DNA of 64,000 bases, taken from Felis catus. Lineage: Eukaryota. The DNA is taken from contig NC_058368.1 of NCBI RefSeq assembly GCF_018350175.1, positions 119,972,001-120,036,000 of the forward strand, read 5' to 3'. This document shows positions 13,175 to 25,845 of this stretch, one piece after another. Positions within the stretch are counted from its first letter, which is position 1. Every line of letters begins with the position of its first letter. The position numbers and the translations under genes are program-made. The notes below the pieces were generated by a model. That model worked only from the letters and a program-made list of their open reading frames with translations. It searched no databases and had not been told where the DNA came from.

Positions 13175-13676
13175 TGTGACAGTTAATTTTATGTGTCAAC
13201 TTGAGTGAGCTAAAGAATACTCAGATAGCTGGTAAAACATGACTTCTGAGTGTATTGGTGAGGCTGTTTCTGGAAGAGATTCACGTTTTAATTTGTGAAC
13301 TGAGTAAAGCAGATAACCCTCCCCAACATGAGTGGGCTTCATCCAATCCTTGAGGATCCAGATAAAACAAAAAAGTGGAGGAAGAGCACATTATTTCTTC
13401 TGCTTAAGCCGAGACATTTATGTTCTCCTGCTCATGGGTATTAGTGCTTGGGCTTTTGAACCCAGATTCAGACTTACACCCTTATTCCCCTGATTCTCAG
13501 GCCTTTGGACTCAGACTGAGTTACACCACTGGCTTTCCTGGTTGTCCAGCTTGTGGATAGCAGAACATGGAGCTTCCTGACTTCCATAATTGCATAAGCC
13601 AATCTCTATAATAGACCTTCTTGTATATATCTATATATATCCTATTGGTTCAGTTTCTCTGGAGAATCCTAATACC
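13175..13676 (+). mobile_element. MLT2 (ERVL) solo LTR
   Basis: Diagnostic ends tgtgacagttaattttatgtgtcaacttga... and ...cctattggttcagtttctctggagaatcctaatac. Confidence 0.92.
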
Positions 13677-14498
13677 CTTTGTATTTGTTCCATTCTTACA
13701 TCTGGATCACACTGTATCTTTATTGGCCTGCTTATATTGTTCTATATTAATGTCTTTGATCTTAGTTGTAATCTACTCCAGTACAGAGACTATATATAGC
13801 CCTATAGGTCACATGCACTGTAATCTGCTGCAGTGAACCAACTAGATTATCATTCCATATCCTGTGTTGGCATTTGCACCAGTGCAACAACTATGGGTCT
13901 ATGATACAGACAAATATAGACTCGAAGAACCCAGAGCCCAAAATTGTTCATCACATTGTTACTATCACTTTGACATGTCAAGGGACAACTTCACAAATAA
14001 AAGATTCAAAATCTGAATGCAGACTTGCAGAAGATAATGCAGTAATACAAAAAAAAAATGCTGTTGATAATTAGATTCCTTATTTGCCTGTATCCAGAAG
14101 AACCTGTTCTTTCACTAGATCTTTTAGTTTCATGGGCTTCAAGTAGCGTCTGTGATTACTTACAGTCAGTGCTACACTGTTTAATCTGAAACTTTAGTTC
14201 TCTTGATTATATGCATGGAACTAGTAAAGATGTTAAGGTGTAGGTAGTGTGTTCTGTTCCCCTGATAACCAACATGTGGATGAAAAGTAAAAAGTCTCTA
14301 TCAATCAATTAGATGTTTCTGGAACCAGCTGTACATACGATGCCAAGTAGTTGAACATTTGGAAACATCTGGCTAATTGACAGATTCTTGTTTTAAGCAT
14401 CTAGATCTTTGATATCACATTGACTTGATTAACACAGAGGTTGCTTTCAAGATTTGGGACTCAGAAATAATCCTCACTTAATAGAAATAAGGCTGTGA

Positions 14499-14716
14499 GG
14501 CGCACCTGGGTGGCTCAGTCGGTTAAACATCTGACTTTAGCTCAGGTCATGATCTCACAGCTCGTGGGTTCGAGCACCGTGTAAGGCTCTGTGCTGACAG
14601 CTAAGAACCTGAAGCCTCCTTCGGATTCTGTGTCTCCCTCTCTATCTGCCCCTCTGCCCCTATCATTCTGTCTCTCTCTCTCAAAAATAAACAAACATTA
14701 AAAAAAATTTAAAAAA
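14499..14716 (+). mobile_element. CanSINE
   Basis: Full body; TSD approximately aaggctgtga. Confidence 0.94.
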
Positions 14717-14861
14717 AGAAGGCTGTGAATGGATATGATCTATATGCAAATTTAAAAGTTTTGAAGTTAAAGAAGAATTTTCCCTTTAGCCAAAATCAGA
14801 TTTTAGATTCCTTAAAATATTTCTAGGGAAATGGAGGATTCATCTTAAGAAAACCTGACCT

Positions 14862-15092
14862 GGGGCGCCTGGGTGGCGCAGTCGGTTAAGCGTCCGACTT
14901 CAGCCAGGTCACGATCTCGCGGTCTGTGAGTTCGAGCCCTGCGTCGGGCTCTGGGCCGATGGCTCTGAGCCTGGAGCCTATTTCCGATTCTGTGTCTCCC
15001 TCTCTCTCTGCCCCTCCCCCGTTCATGCTCTGTCTCTCTCTGTCCCAAAAATAAAAATAAACGTTGAAAAAAAAATTAAAAAAAAAAGAAAA
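14862..15092 (+). mobile_element. Young felid SINE (SINEC_Fc type)
   Basis: CpG-rich head ggggcgcctgggtggcgcagtcggttaagcgtccgacttcagccagg; perfect 15-bp TSD aagaaaacctgacct at 14847-14861 and 15093-15107. Confidence 0.98.
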
Positions 15093-15107
15093 AAGAAAAC
15101 CTGACCT

Positions 15108-15540
15108 AAGATAACACAGGAGTTAAACCAGATGCCCTTGGGTATGGTAATGACTATAGAGAGAATACCAAAGGCATGATCCCTGAAAGAAAGAATTGAT
15201 GAACTATACCTCATTAAAAGTAAAATTTTTGCTCCTCAGCAGACAATCTCAAGAGAATGCAAAGACAAGCCATAGCGTGGGAGAAAATATTTGCCAAGGA
15301 CATTTCTGATACAATAAGCTTTTAAAACCCAACAATAAGAAAACAAACAACCTGAACAGACCCCTCACTGAGCCTCACCAAAGAAGATACAGAGGTGGTG
15401 AATCAACATTTGAGAAGTTGTTTACATGTTCATAGGTCATTAGGTAATTACAAATTAAAACAGTGAGATACCACTCTGCACCTATTAGAATAGCCAAAAA
15501 AACCTGGAACACTGACTGTACTACCTGCTGGCAAGGACAA
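15108..15540 (+). mobile_element. Old L1 fragment, ORF2 C-terminal region
   Basis: Encodes decayed L1 motifs KRMQRQAIAWEKIFA, VRYHSAPIRIA, CWQG. Confidence 0.85.
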
Positions 15541-15934
15541 AAAAAAAAAAAATCACCTTAGAAACTCTCTTCCTTCCTAGTCCAGGTCCCTCATCAGTGA
15601 CGGAGGGAAACTTTGCCAAGGGAGTTCTTCCCGGAGAGAATGAATGGCTAGGTAATCCTTACAGAACCTTCGATTAATGACGCACAAAACTCGCCTGCCT
15701 TTGCTCCCAAACCTCCTCCTCCTCTGCTGTCCCAGAGCAGTGTGGTTATTTCAGGCAGTGGGGCTCCACGCATCTGTTCTTCCTCTTCTTTGCCTTTCAT
15801 TTCCAGCCAGTGAGTAAGCGCTTTCTCTGGAGTCAACTTAGAGGTATATTCCTACATATCTTTTGCCTCTCCTCCTGAGATTTAAGTTCAGATCAGACCC
15901 CCTTTATTCTCCAGAGTAAGTGTTCAACTTTTTT

Positions 15935-16126
15935 TCTTAGTTTATTTATTTGTTTTGAGGGAGAAAGAGAAAAAAAGAGAGAGAGAGAGAGACAGAGAAT
16001 GCCAAGCAGGCTCCACACTGTCAGTGCAGAGCCTGATGCGGGGCTTGAACTCACAAACTGTGAAATCATGACCCGAGCCTAAACCAAGACTTGGATGCTC
16101 AAGTGACTGAGCCACCCAGGTACCCC
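15935..16126 (-). mobile_element. CanSINE
   Basis: Typical body and tail. Confidence 0.93.
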
Positions 16127-16180
16127 TCACCTTCTTTTTAATTACAAGAATTATTCATGTTTTTTTGGGTAACAAATTCA

Positions 16181-16398
16181 TTAACAATTTTTTTTTAATA
16201 CTTATTTATTTTTGAGAGGGAGAGAGACAGAGCGTGAGTGGAGAAGGGGCAGAGAGGGAGGGAGACACAGAATCCGAAGCAGGCCCCAGGCTCTGAGGCA
16301 ACAGCACTGAGCCCAATGTGGGGCTTCAACCCATGAACCTGAGATCATGACCTGAGCCGAAGTCTGATGCTTAACTGACTGAGTCACCCAGGTGCCTC
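16181..16398 (-). mobile_element. CanSINE
   Basis: TSD ttgggtaacaaattca at 16165-16180 and 16399-16414. Confidence 0.96.
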
Positions 16399-17398
16399 TT
16401 GGGTAACAAATTCAAATAAAAAAATTGACTAAGATAAAAATTGAAGCTTTCCTTTAATCTCACTGCCCAGCTGTTGTTAACTGGACGGTGGTTATTTCCT
16501 GATTTCATTATGCTTATATAACATATTTATATTACCTCCATGTATCAATGCGCTATATTCATATCAATATATACATCATGATCACAAATGAGCTAGTGTT
16601 TATTGTGGAATTACTGTGAGCCAGCAGTGTGTTGTGCAACGTACATAAATTTTCATATGCAATCCCTGTTGTACACTCTGGTAAGCGATTTAATAAGAAT
16701 TCTAACCTCTGGCTAACTCCAGAGCCTCAAACTTTGCTCTTACTTTGCACAAAAAATATTCTATAAAAAAATGAAATAAAATCGTGATGACATTATACTC
16801 GTTTTTCTATTTCCCTCTTTTTAATAGCCATATCTGTTACATGGATGAATAATTATTCAGTTAAAATATCCCCTATTGATTGACATTTAAGTGATTTCCT
16901 CTTTTTTCTCTATTACAAAAAATGCAATAAATATTTTCATATGCTAGAATTGTTGCTGTTGAGTAAGTTCCTTAGAAGTAAAATTGCAGTAAGTTCTTAA
17001 TTTGTTTGCCCACCTCTACTTTCCGCTCCCTCAAATATCTCTTTTTCATTCCATCCAGATTTATCACTACTTCACTGCTCTTGGCTCCCTCAACTTTTGG
17101 ATAACTTATAAATACCTTGCCTCTTCTGGCTTTCCAAATTTTATGTACTTTCAACCCCAACTGATTGTACTCGATTCTTTCACCCACTCAGTGCTCCAAT
17201 ATTAAGTGTTTCTAGTACTTCCTTAGCCTGGCATTACGTCCTCTTCCACGTTTTTTTTTTTCAGTATGGTTCCTTCTTGCCATCAATGACTCCTTCCTTT
17301 GCAAGTTCTCCCCAGCTGGAAATTATAGCTCCATAGCTCTGGTTTCCCAAAGCATCCGGTCCATCTCTCTGTTTGCACAGCTATCAGGTCCTACTTTG

Positions 17399-17495
17399 AA
17401 AAACAAAAAATAATAATGCCCAACGAGGGGCTTAAACTCACACTCCTAAGCTGAAGTGTTGCATGTTCTATGGACTGAGCCAGCCAGGCACCCCC
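17399..17495 (-). mobile_element. Short old-type CanSINE
   Basis: tRNA-like head only; TSD atcaggtcctactttg at 17383-17398 and 17496-17511. Confidence 0.9.
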
Positions 17496-17890
17496 ATCAG
17501 GTCCTACTTTGTAGTAGTGCTGATCTATATATAACACATGCGTCACCACCCTCTGAAAATTCTGAAAAAGAAAAGAAAAAAAAAAAGAAAAGAGGAAAGA
17601 AAATCCTTTGGGCATGTTCCATGTCTAATGCGTCCTATATTTCCCAAGGCATGTAGTATTGTCTTGTTCATTAAGTGGTTATTTCATCAATTAATTTGCA
17701 TTTAAATGTGAAGACTATTTTACTGTTTCCTCTAGCTTCTTTCTCTACATACTAATGACATGGAGCTATCTGAACATGCTAATTTGAGCTGTGTACCTTT
17801 CTATGAAATAAGCATTCACCTACTTTTAAAGTGGTCTTACTGCCTTTTAATTGGTGGTTCACTAAAATTTCTACAAACCAGGCAGTGACA

Positions 17891-18115
17891 GGGGCACCCG
17901 GATGGCGCAGTCGGTTAAGCGTCCGACTCTTGATCTCGGCTCAGGTCATGATGTCACGGTTTGTGAGATGGACCCCGCGTCCGGCTCTGCACTGGCAGCC
18001 TGGAACCTGCTTGGGATTCTCTTTCTCTCCCTTTCTCTCTGCCCCTCCCCTGCTTACTCTTTTTCTCTCTCTCTCAAAATAAGAAAATAAGACATTTTAA
18101 AAAATAAATAAAAAC
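17891..18115 (+). mobile_element. CanSINE
   Basis: Head, CT tract and A-rich tail. Confidence 0.94.
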
Positions 18116-18159
18116 TGAAATATTTTGGCTGATGAGATCACAAACCTTTCACATAAGTG

Positions 18160-19135
18160 TTTGTAGAAAATGGCCCAGTTTCTAATTCCTGACCTTAGCC
18201 AGCCACAGCCATGCCTCTCCCTGCACTGCTCCAGGAGATTGGACTGAGGATCAACCCCTGATCTATGGACAGGCAGTCTTGATGCCGGTCAGTATACTGG
18301 GGTCTATTTTCAGCAACAAAACATAAAGTAAGCCATGCAGATTCTCCTTCAGGATTTGGAATTGAGAACTGTGAGTCTGTGATGTTATTTGGAAAGCAAA
18401 AAGTTCTGTGGGAATGCCTCAGTGCCCAGTGTTATCAGAATGCATAAAAGATGGACAGTGGAGTCATGTATTAGAGGTTGGTCCCTAAAGACAGTTGGTA
18501 TGACAGGCTGTCAAACCTACCCTTGAAAATCCCTTAAAATGGTGCCACTTTGGGACCAGCATACTGTTTCTTGGTAAGCTCAACATAGCATGATTTTTCT
18601 ATAGCTTTGGAACAGATTATTCCTTTTTCAGTAGAGCACCAGATGAAGTAGTTGGCTTGCATTTAGGGGCCCTGTTTTACTGAAAATATGTACCTTTCAA
18701 TGATAGAATTACGCTTCGCACAGTGAGATCCTCACAGTATGTGAGACACTTGGAGACTGAAGCTGACTGAGGGAACAGCAGTTTTAGGACACGCGTCTTT
18801 TGCTCACTTCTGCGAGTATGTGGGCAGCACTGCGAGATGAATATGCATCAGCTAAATCCATGCATAATTTGGCTCCAGGGTAGAGAACAGGGGAGGAGTC
18901 CAGCAGAGGGAGGAAGTGGAGGAGTTTTGCAGAGAGGAGGTGGGTTGTCTTGAGGTAAAAGCTGTGAAGCCCCTGAGGGAGACACAGGAGAGCAGGTAGC
19001 CCCTCAGGCTGGCGTCGATTGGGAACAGTCCTGTCTTCTGCTGTAGTCCTTGCCTATCCTTACAGTAAACGCCCTTCCTCGAGATGACCTAATTGGGTCT
19101 CTGTTCACTACAACTGAGATTATCCTGACTAGTTA
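18160..19135 (+). mobile_element. Possible ancient ERVL/MaLR-type LTR remnant
   Basis: 3' end ttgggtctctgttcactacaactgaga...cctgacta resembles old ERVL/MLT1 LTR ends; 5' boundary uncertain. Confidence 0.35.
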
Positions 19136-19330
19136 GTGCAATGACAAAGACACTGCTTCTTGATTTCCCCTGAAGTTTGTATCCATGAACATGCCTCTGA
19201 GTAGTAAGAACAGAAAAACATCTATGGAAAATGTTTACCACTGTGTACTTTCCAGAGAAATTCTATATTGGCATTTCTGGAGTTAGTACAATTAGTGTTT
19301 GGATCAAGGAGTGTTACCTGACTAATATTG

Positions 19331-19369
19331 CCCTTCCTTCCTTCCTTCCTTCCTCCCTTCCTTTCTTTC

Positions 19370-19432
<63 letters not shown>

Positions 19433-19475
19433 CTTTCTTTCCCTTTCTTTCTTTCCCTCTTTCTTCCTTTCTTTT

Positions 19476-19555
<80 letters not shown>

Positions 19556-19556
19556 T
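19331..19556. repeat. Long compound (CCTT)n/(TTTC)n microsatellite
   Basis: About 226 bp of pure pyrimidine on the + strand. Confidence 0.98.
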
Positions 19557-21199
19557 CGTGCATAGCATATCTAATGTGTTTTATAGCCACCCAAAGTTAC
19601 CTTTCAAGGTAATTCAGACCAATTTCAGTATTTTCAGCCGTAGATAAATCATCTTTTCTGCCCCCTCTTGTATATCACAGCAAAACAACTTTTACAGTGA
19701 AATAAAATGCTTTTTTTTCTTTCCACAGAAAGAACATGCATAATTTCAAATGGTCGTCTAGATGATAGTCAGCTCTGAATAGATCCTGTTCCCTCCTTTT
19801 TGTGAGAAGCTTGTACAGTGAACATTCTGGGATTTAGTCAGCAAACAGTAGTGCAGAATTAGCTTAGAAAAATACCCCTCTCTAACACGTCTGCTCTTCA
19901 GACAGACATTGTGCACTGCAAGGCAACGTCAGACTTCAGAAGGAAAAACAGGCTGCCAGGGAAGGGATGGCAAATGGCAAATCTGGACTGCCTTGTGCAA
20001 CATCTGTCGGGTGTCCACGAAGTACCGGGTGGCGTGCAACCTGGATTACACTCATCACCTGAGGTGCCAGGTACCCCACCAGTGGGAAATGGCTTCCAGG
20101 TCTACTGGGCTGGTGCCAAGAGGAGCACAGAACATTCTTGGAGCAAGAGAAGGAAAATAGTTTTGGATGTGCTTGGCAAGAAAAAAGATCTTTGTGCCAA
20201 CTTTAGTTTTCGTTCTTCTCCTTAGGGAACATTGGTCTTATGATCTGGGCTGAAATTGTTTTTCTTCACGTACCAAAAGCTTAGATTGGAAGTCACACAC
20301 ACACGCACTCAGATGTTATCTGAGAACTCTAACTGGCACACACCGCTTCATTTTCGAAGAATAAAAAAGGAGCCTTCTCTCCGAGGTACTTTACAGTAGA
20401 AACATGCCATCAACCATAATAGCCTCTTTTGTTGCAATATCTCTTTCCTCCAAACCAATAACTTCTGTTTCCCATGAATGCACTTGTCTCCTCTTGCCTA
20501 AAATGAAAGCCGACCCATCTTTGCTCTCCACTGATCAGAGTCATCGCACTGGCTTCTGATCTTCGTTCAGACAGATTCCGTTGACGATTCTGGCAAAGCT
20601 ATTTTGTTCAGGAAACCAGAATCCAAAAGTGTCTCTAGAATATTCACAGATGGGGTTTGACCAATGAGTGAGGAAGCCAGACTTTATCAAGGCTAATTAG
20701 AATTTGCATACATGATTTCTAATAAGAAAACTAGTCAGAAGACAGAGAAATGGAAGGAAGTGAAATCTTTACTGACATGTAATGATAGTCAAATCTCACA
20801 GCGTGCCAGTTTTATGGTGTTTTATGTAGGTTTTTCTCATTATTCCTCAAGAGTTGCCTAAAAGGAAGGCATTACTATGTATTTTCCTGGCCCAGATTTT
20901 GTGTAATCTGCCTGTAATTAATTTACTTGGTAAGAATAAAAATTTGTGTGGCTCCAAGTTTGAAGACTCCCCAATCTACTCTACTGCCTCCATAGAGTGT
21001 TAATTGTTCTTTCATTAACAAGTTATTGAGTGTCCATTCTGTTCCAGGCATTTGTCCAGTACTGGGGAGATGGTGGTGAAGCAGTTTGCATTTTGTTCTC
21101 AAAGTGAAAAAGGCCCTGGGAGGGAATCAAATCAAATCTAGTCTCATCTAATCTAACCTAGCCTAACCCAGGGGGGAATCAAATCTCCTAGGCTTTGAA

Positions 21200-21430
21200 G
21201 ACACATTAACCAAACAGTTAAAATATGAGCTCTGAATCTGGGTGTAAATCAGGGTTCTGCATTTTCTAGTGGAGGTCTGTTCTCTCCCTCAGTAAAATGT
21301 GGTTTGTAATAATAGTACTTTACCCACAGGTTTTTTGTTTGTTTTGTTTTTCAAGACCCAGGAAGATAGTGCACAGAGTGCTTAGTATATCCTCTTGCAC
21401 AGAAGAAAACCTTCATAAAAGGTTGTTGTT
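21200..21430 (+). mobile_element. MIR fragment
   Basis: ctgggtgtaaatc...cagtaaaatgtgg...ataatagtac...cacagagtgcttag motifs. Confidence 0.55.
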
Positions 21431-22640
21431 GATTGGGATAGGGATGATGATGAGAGATTCTGGACAATTATTACAACAATAAAAGGGCAACCTTTTCATT
21501 CAGAGAGGGGAGTATCTGAGGCAAAACAGGTGATGCTTAAGTTTAGAATTCAGGGCTGTATCATAAGGGAGATGTACATTGTCTTAAAGAGATCCTTAAA
21601 AATGGGTCAAACTAGAACACCAGTTAGGCTGAAGAGTTTTCAGGTTGGAGGCCACAATCGTATGAACCCCTTTTCTTGGCTCATCTCTGCAAGTCCTTGG
21701 CCAGGTACGTGACTTCTGCAGAGAGGTATGGGGTCAGTGTGGAGATCTCACACTGGTGTGTGGAGCACCAGGGCTAGCGAACTGGCATTCACCATGGGAG
21801 AGGGGGCTTTTCTTTGACTCACGGGTGCCCTTCTTCCCCGCCAAAGGATGTGAACCAGTCTTGTTACAGAGCCCGGCAGCCCATCCATGAGATGCTAGAT
21901 GGGGACGAAGACCATATAATGAGCACTTGTGTTTGAGTTGTGATCTAGAGAAGGTTTAGACGTGTTGGCTCAATGGATGGATATAAATCTGCATATTCAG
22001 GTTGTCTGGCTAGGTAATCATGTTCACATTTACACAGGTTGTTACAAATTCCCAAACTTTAAAAGACTGAATGGGCTTGACACTCTCTGCTGGCATAGCT
22101 CATAGATCCTGCCCATTGTCATCTGGAGCAGCACAATCTGGCAGCTTCTAAAGTTGCTAATTAATAAATACTTAGGTGTTAGAGATGAGACTTTTTCTTG
22201 TCACTTACCTTCATAAGTGAGTTATGGGCTTAGGACAGATTCTCCTTCCTTGCAGACTGCTAACATCTCTGTTCAAGGACACCAGGAGATCGCAAGGAAA
22301 ACATTTAACCTCCCTGTGCCTGAAGTCTCCTCAACTATGAAATGGAAATAGTCACATCTTTCCAGATACTCATGTGAGACTGTATTAAAATAATAGATGT
22401 GAACCCTCCAGTTAGAATGAATGTCTCTAAATTTTTGGAGTAGTCATGGCACAATTCACTTTTTCTCTGTATGATAGTTTTTTTTTTCCTTTAAAAAAAA
22501 TCCCTCTGTCTTGTCTTCTTTGCCAGACCACAAGCAACATTAGTTTAAGGTTAGATGTCTCTTCTGTCTCTATACCTTCCTTCCACAGCTCTGCATGATC
22601 TTTAATTCTGTTTTCTTTTCCCCCTTTAATAAAAATTTGA

Positions 22641-22843
22641 GGGGCGCCTGAGTGGCTCAGTTGGTTAAGTGTCTGACTTCGGCTCAGGTCATGATCTCAT
22701 GGTCCGTGAGTTCGAGCCCCGCTTCGGGCTCTGTACTGACAGCTCAGAGCCTGGAGTCTGCTTCAGATTCTGTGTCTCCCTCTCTCTCTGCCCCTCCCCT
22801 GTTCATGCTCTGTCTCTCTCTGTCTCAAAAATAAATAAACTTT
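22641..22843 (+). mobile_element. CanSINE whose tail was targeted by a second SINE
   Basis: Full body ending aaaataaataaactt immediately before the next head. Confidence 0.96.
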
Positions 22844-23060
22844 GGGGCGCCTGGGTGGCGCAGTCGGTTAAGCGTCCGACTTCAGCCAGGTCACGATCTC
22901 GCGGTCCGTGAGTTTGAGCCCCGCGTCGGGCTCTGGGCTGATGGCTCAGAGCCTGGAGCCTGTTTCCGATTCTGTGTCTCCCTCTCTCTCTGCCCCTCCC
23001 CCGTTCATGCTCTGTCTCTGTCTCAAAAATAAATAAAAAACATTAAAAAAATTAAAAAAA
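22844..23060 (+). mobile_element. Young felid SINE (SINEC_Fc type)
   Basis: CpG-intact young-type sequence inserted in the A-tail of the preceding SINE. Confidence 0.97.
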
Positions 23061-23227
23061 ATTTTTTTGAATAATTTCTATGTGCCCATTTCTGTGTAGC
23101 TGGAAACCTTGCTCTCTTCGATTTCATCTCCTTCCTTGGCTGCTCCAAGATCAGACTCAAGGTGGCTAATTAAGGGGAATAGTGCCGGTTTCACATGGCT
23201 GGTATATTGTTGTTATTTTACTTCTTA

Positions 23228-23361
23228 ATTAAAAAAATATATTTATTTTAGAGAGAATGCGAGTGCAGGAGAGGGGTAGAGGGAGAGAGAGGGAATCCCA
23301 AGCAGGCTGCACGCTCAGCATGGAGTACGACACAGGGCTCTATCCCACAACCCTGGGATCA
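23228..23361 (-). mobile_element. 5'-truncated CanSINE
   Basis: Tail, GA tract and partial body only. Confidence 0.85.
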
Positions 23362-23715
23362 CTGCTATCAACCAAACTCCACACTTTATTCATACTCCAC
23401 GTGTTTTCTTACTAACATCCTTTTTCTGTTCTAGGTTTCCATCCAAGATGCCACTTACCTTTTGTTGATTTACCTTCTCTGGTCTGTGAAATCTTCTTTG
23501 TACTTCCTTACTACTCATGACCTTAAAAATTTTAAGAAGCACTGGTCACTTATTTTGTACAATGCCCTTTAATTTGGGTTTGTGTGATATTTTCTTATCA
23601 GATTTGAGGGTATGAGTTTTGGAAAAGACCACAGTAGTGAAGTGTCCTCATTATATCATCTCAGTGTATATGCTATGAACAGATGTTAATCTTTTAACAT
23701 AAAGATGTTAATCTT

Positions 23716-23924
23716 TTTTTTAATGTTTATTTATTTATTTTGAGAGAGAGAGAGAGTGCGCGCAAGTAGAGGAGGGGCAGAGAGAGAAGGAGACAGAATC
23801 CCAAGCATGTTCTGTGCTGTCAGCACAGAGACCGATGCGGGGCTCAAACCCATGAACAGAGATGATGACCTGAGTCGAAATCAAGGGTCGGTCACTGAAC
23901 TGAATGAGCAACCCGGGTGTCCCC
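23716..23924 (-). mobile_element. CanSINE
   Basis: TSD gatgttaatctt at 23704-23715 and 23925-23936. Confidence 0.95.
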
Positions 23925-24061
23925 GATGTTAATCTTGATTATATGGCCAATGTAACGTTCAGCAGATTCTGCACTGTAAAATTGTTTTTCTTCACTTTTC
24001 CTTATACTGTTCTTTGAAAGTAAGTCACTAAGTCCAGTCTGTATTCAAAAAGGTGGGTGAG

Positions 24062-24185
24062 AGGGGCTCTGGTCATGATGTTGTGGTTCATGAGTTCGAG
24101 TCCCACATCAGGTGAGCACAAGCCCTGCTTCGGGTGAGCTTGTGCCCCGCTTCCGGTGAGCCCCCCCCTTCTCAAAAAACAACAA
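24062..24185 (+). mobile_element. 5'-truncated variant CanSINE with internal tandem units
   Basis: B-box gagttcgagtcc, three GGTGAGC units, A-rich tail; TSD aaaaaggtgggtgag at 24047-24061 and 24186-24200. Confidence 0.85.
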
Positions 24186-25263
24186 AAAAAGGTGGGTGAG
24201 GGGAGAGCTAAGCTTTACCTTGGGTACTTGCATAAATTATTTGGAATTTCTCTGTAAAAAAGAGTTTTTTTCCACCTTTATGTATCTATTTATCTCTCAC
24301 ATATATTCATTCATTTATTTAAATCTTGTGGCCTCATGTATATTTATTTTTTTCATCCTTTGTATTATAATATGATACTATGTTTATTATTTATTATTTA
24401 TTTTGTTGCTTAATTGGTTTCACCTTTGGCCACTGGCATCTTGTTCAGATTGATACTTGTGTGTTTGACAAGCCCCCAACCTTTTGATTTTTGAGTATTT
24501 CTTTATTTTTACACACTAAGAGGATGTTTTAAGATCACCTTGTATTTTCCTACCCTGGCCTGATAATTAGCATTTTCTTCAAGGAGCCCTGATTCCTCTT
24601 ATTGGGAAATAGTATCAGAAACCAGAATCTGGGTGCTACTGGGGTATCGTGGATTTTAAGCCTCTCACTGGCTGGTATAATTTTAATGCAGCATTGAATT
24701 CTCTGTATTTTGGAAGATTCACAGTTGTCTCTTCTCCCTAGGAACATGCTTGTGGGTTCCTCAGAGGTCCCTCCCCCGGAGTTAACCAATAATGGTTACG
24801 TTATTGTCAGTTGGGACCACTGATGACTGATGATTTTTAAATGCAGCATGATAATGAAAGCTGTATTCTAGAAACATCACTTGCATACCAATTTGGGGGA
24901 TAAAATGGAGTAGAGAGTGGAATAGCCAGGCCTGTTAGGAAATTAATGTTCTAAGTTTAGGGCTATAAAAAAAGAAATCTGGACAGGATGATTATTTTAA
25001 AGCCAAAAGAAGGGAGACAGACATAAGAAATATTTATTAAAACTGTTGAAGATCTAGGTATTCTCAGGAACTTCTTGCCATTGCTGTATACTTCAAGGAT
25101 CTTCTTAAATCCAGTTCTGGTGTTACTGCAATATAGAAGCTGGGACAGCTTCTAACCCCAGTCAGACTCTCAGGCGTTTTACAATAGGAGATTCACAACA
25201 TCGTTCCATAGCCTGGATCTCTTGGGTTCGAGTCTCAGGACTGGGTTATTCTCAGATTCTCCA

Positions 25264-25478
25264 TTAAAAATTTTTTTTAATGTTTATTTTTGAAAGAGAG
25301 AGAGAGACAGAGACAGGGCATGAGCAGGAGAGGGACAGAGAGAGGGAGACACAGAATCCAAAGCAGGCTCCATGCTCTGAGCTGTCAGCACAGAGCCTGA
25401 CATGGTGCTTGAATTCACGAACTGCGACATCATGACCTGAGCCCAGGACGCTTAACCGCAGAGCTACCCAGGTTTCCC
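25264..25478 (-). mobile_element. CanSINE
   Basis: Typical body. Confidence 0.92.
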
Positions 25479-25766
25479 ACAGCTTCTCCGTGTTAGTATT
25501 ATTGGACGTTTTGCGATTTCCCTCTAGGCAGTAGGTAAATTTAGGCAGGCAGTGTGACTTGACACCAAATGATGGTTCGAAATTGCTCTTGTAATATTGA
25601 TCCTCTATTTGACCATTTCCTCTTTCTTCTAAGAGGGAGGATGAAGAAAAGTACTGGAATAAGATATTTATGATTTTGTAACGGTGAGAATGTGCCATGT
25701 GAGAGCTTATGGGTCTTAGATAGCTCTTTATGAGAGATGAGTTTGTAGCTCTGTAGCCCCAGAGGG

Positions 25767-25801
<35 letters not shown>

Positions 25802-25845
25802 GAATGATATGGAGGACTCTAAATGGCTAGGTAGGAAGTTGGTAT

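Larger units (their letters stand above)
23375..24660 (-). mobile_element. Old L1 (L1MC-like) 3' UTR fragment, interrupted by two SINEs
   Basis: Motifs such as ccatccaagatgccac, ttttgtacaatgcccttt, catttcttcaaggagccctgattcc resemble recalled L1MC4-type 3' ends. Confidence 0.65.

Noticed and set aside
19222..19647. Lys/Glu/Arg-rich and Phe/Leu/Ser-rich ORFs up to 138 aa
   Set aside because: They arise from the stop-free (TTTC)n microsatellite; the same applies at 28032 and 43900-44185.
19930..20060. Minus-strand GTGATGA...CTGA resembling C/D-box snoRNA boxes
   Set aside because: No convincing terminal stem, no recognisable rRNA guide and no host gene.
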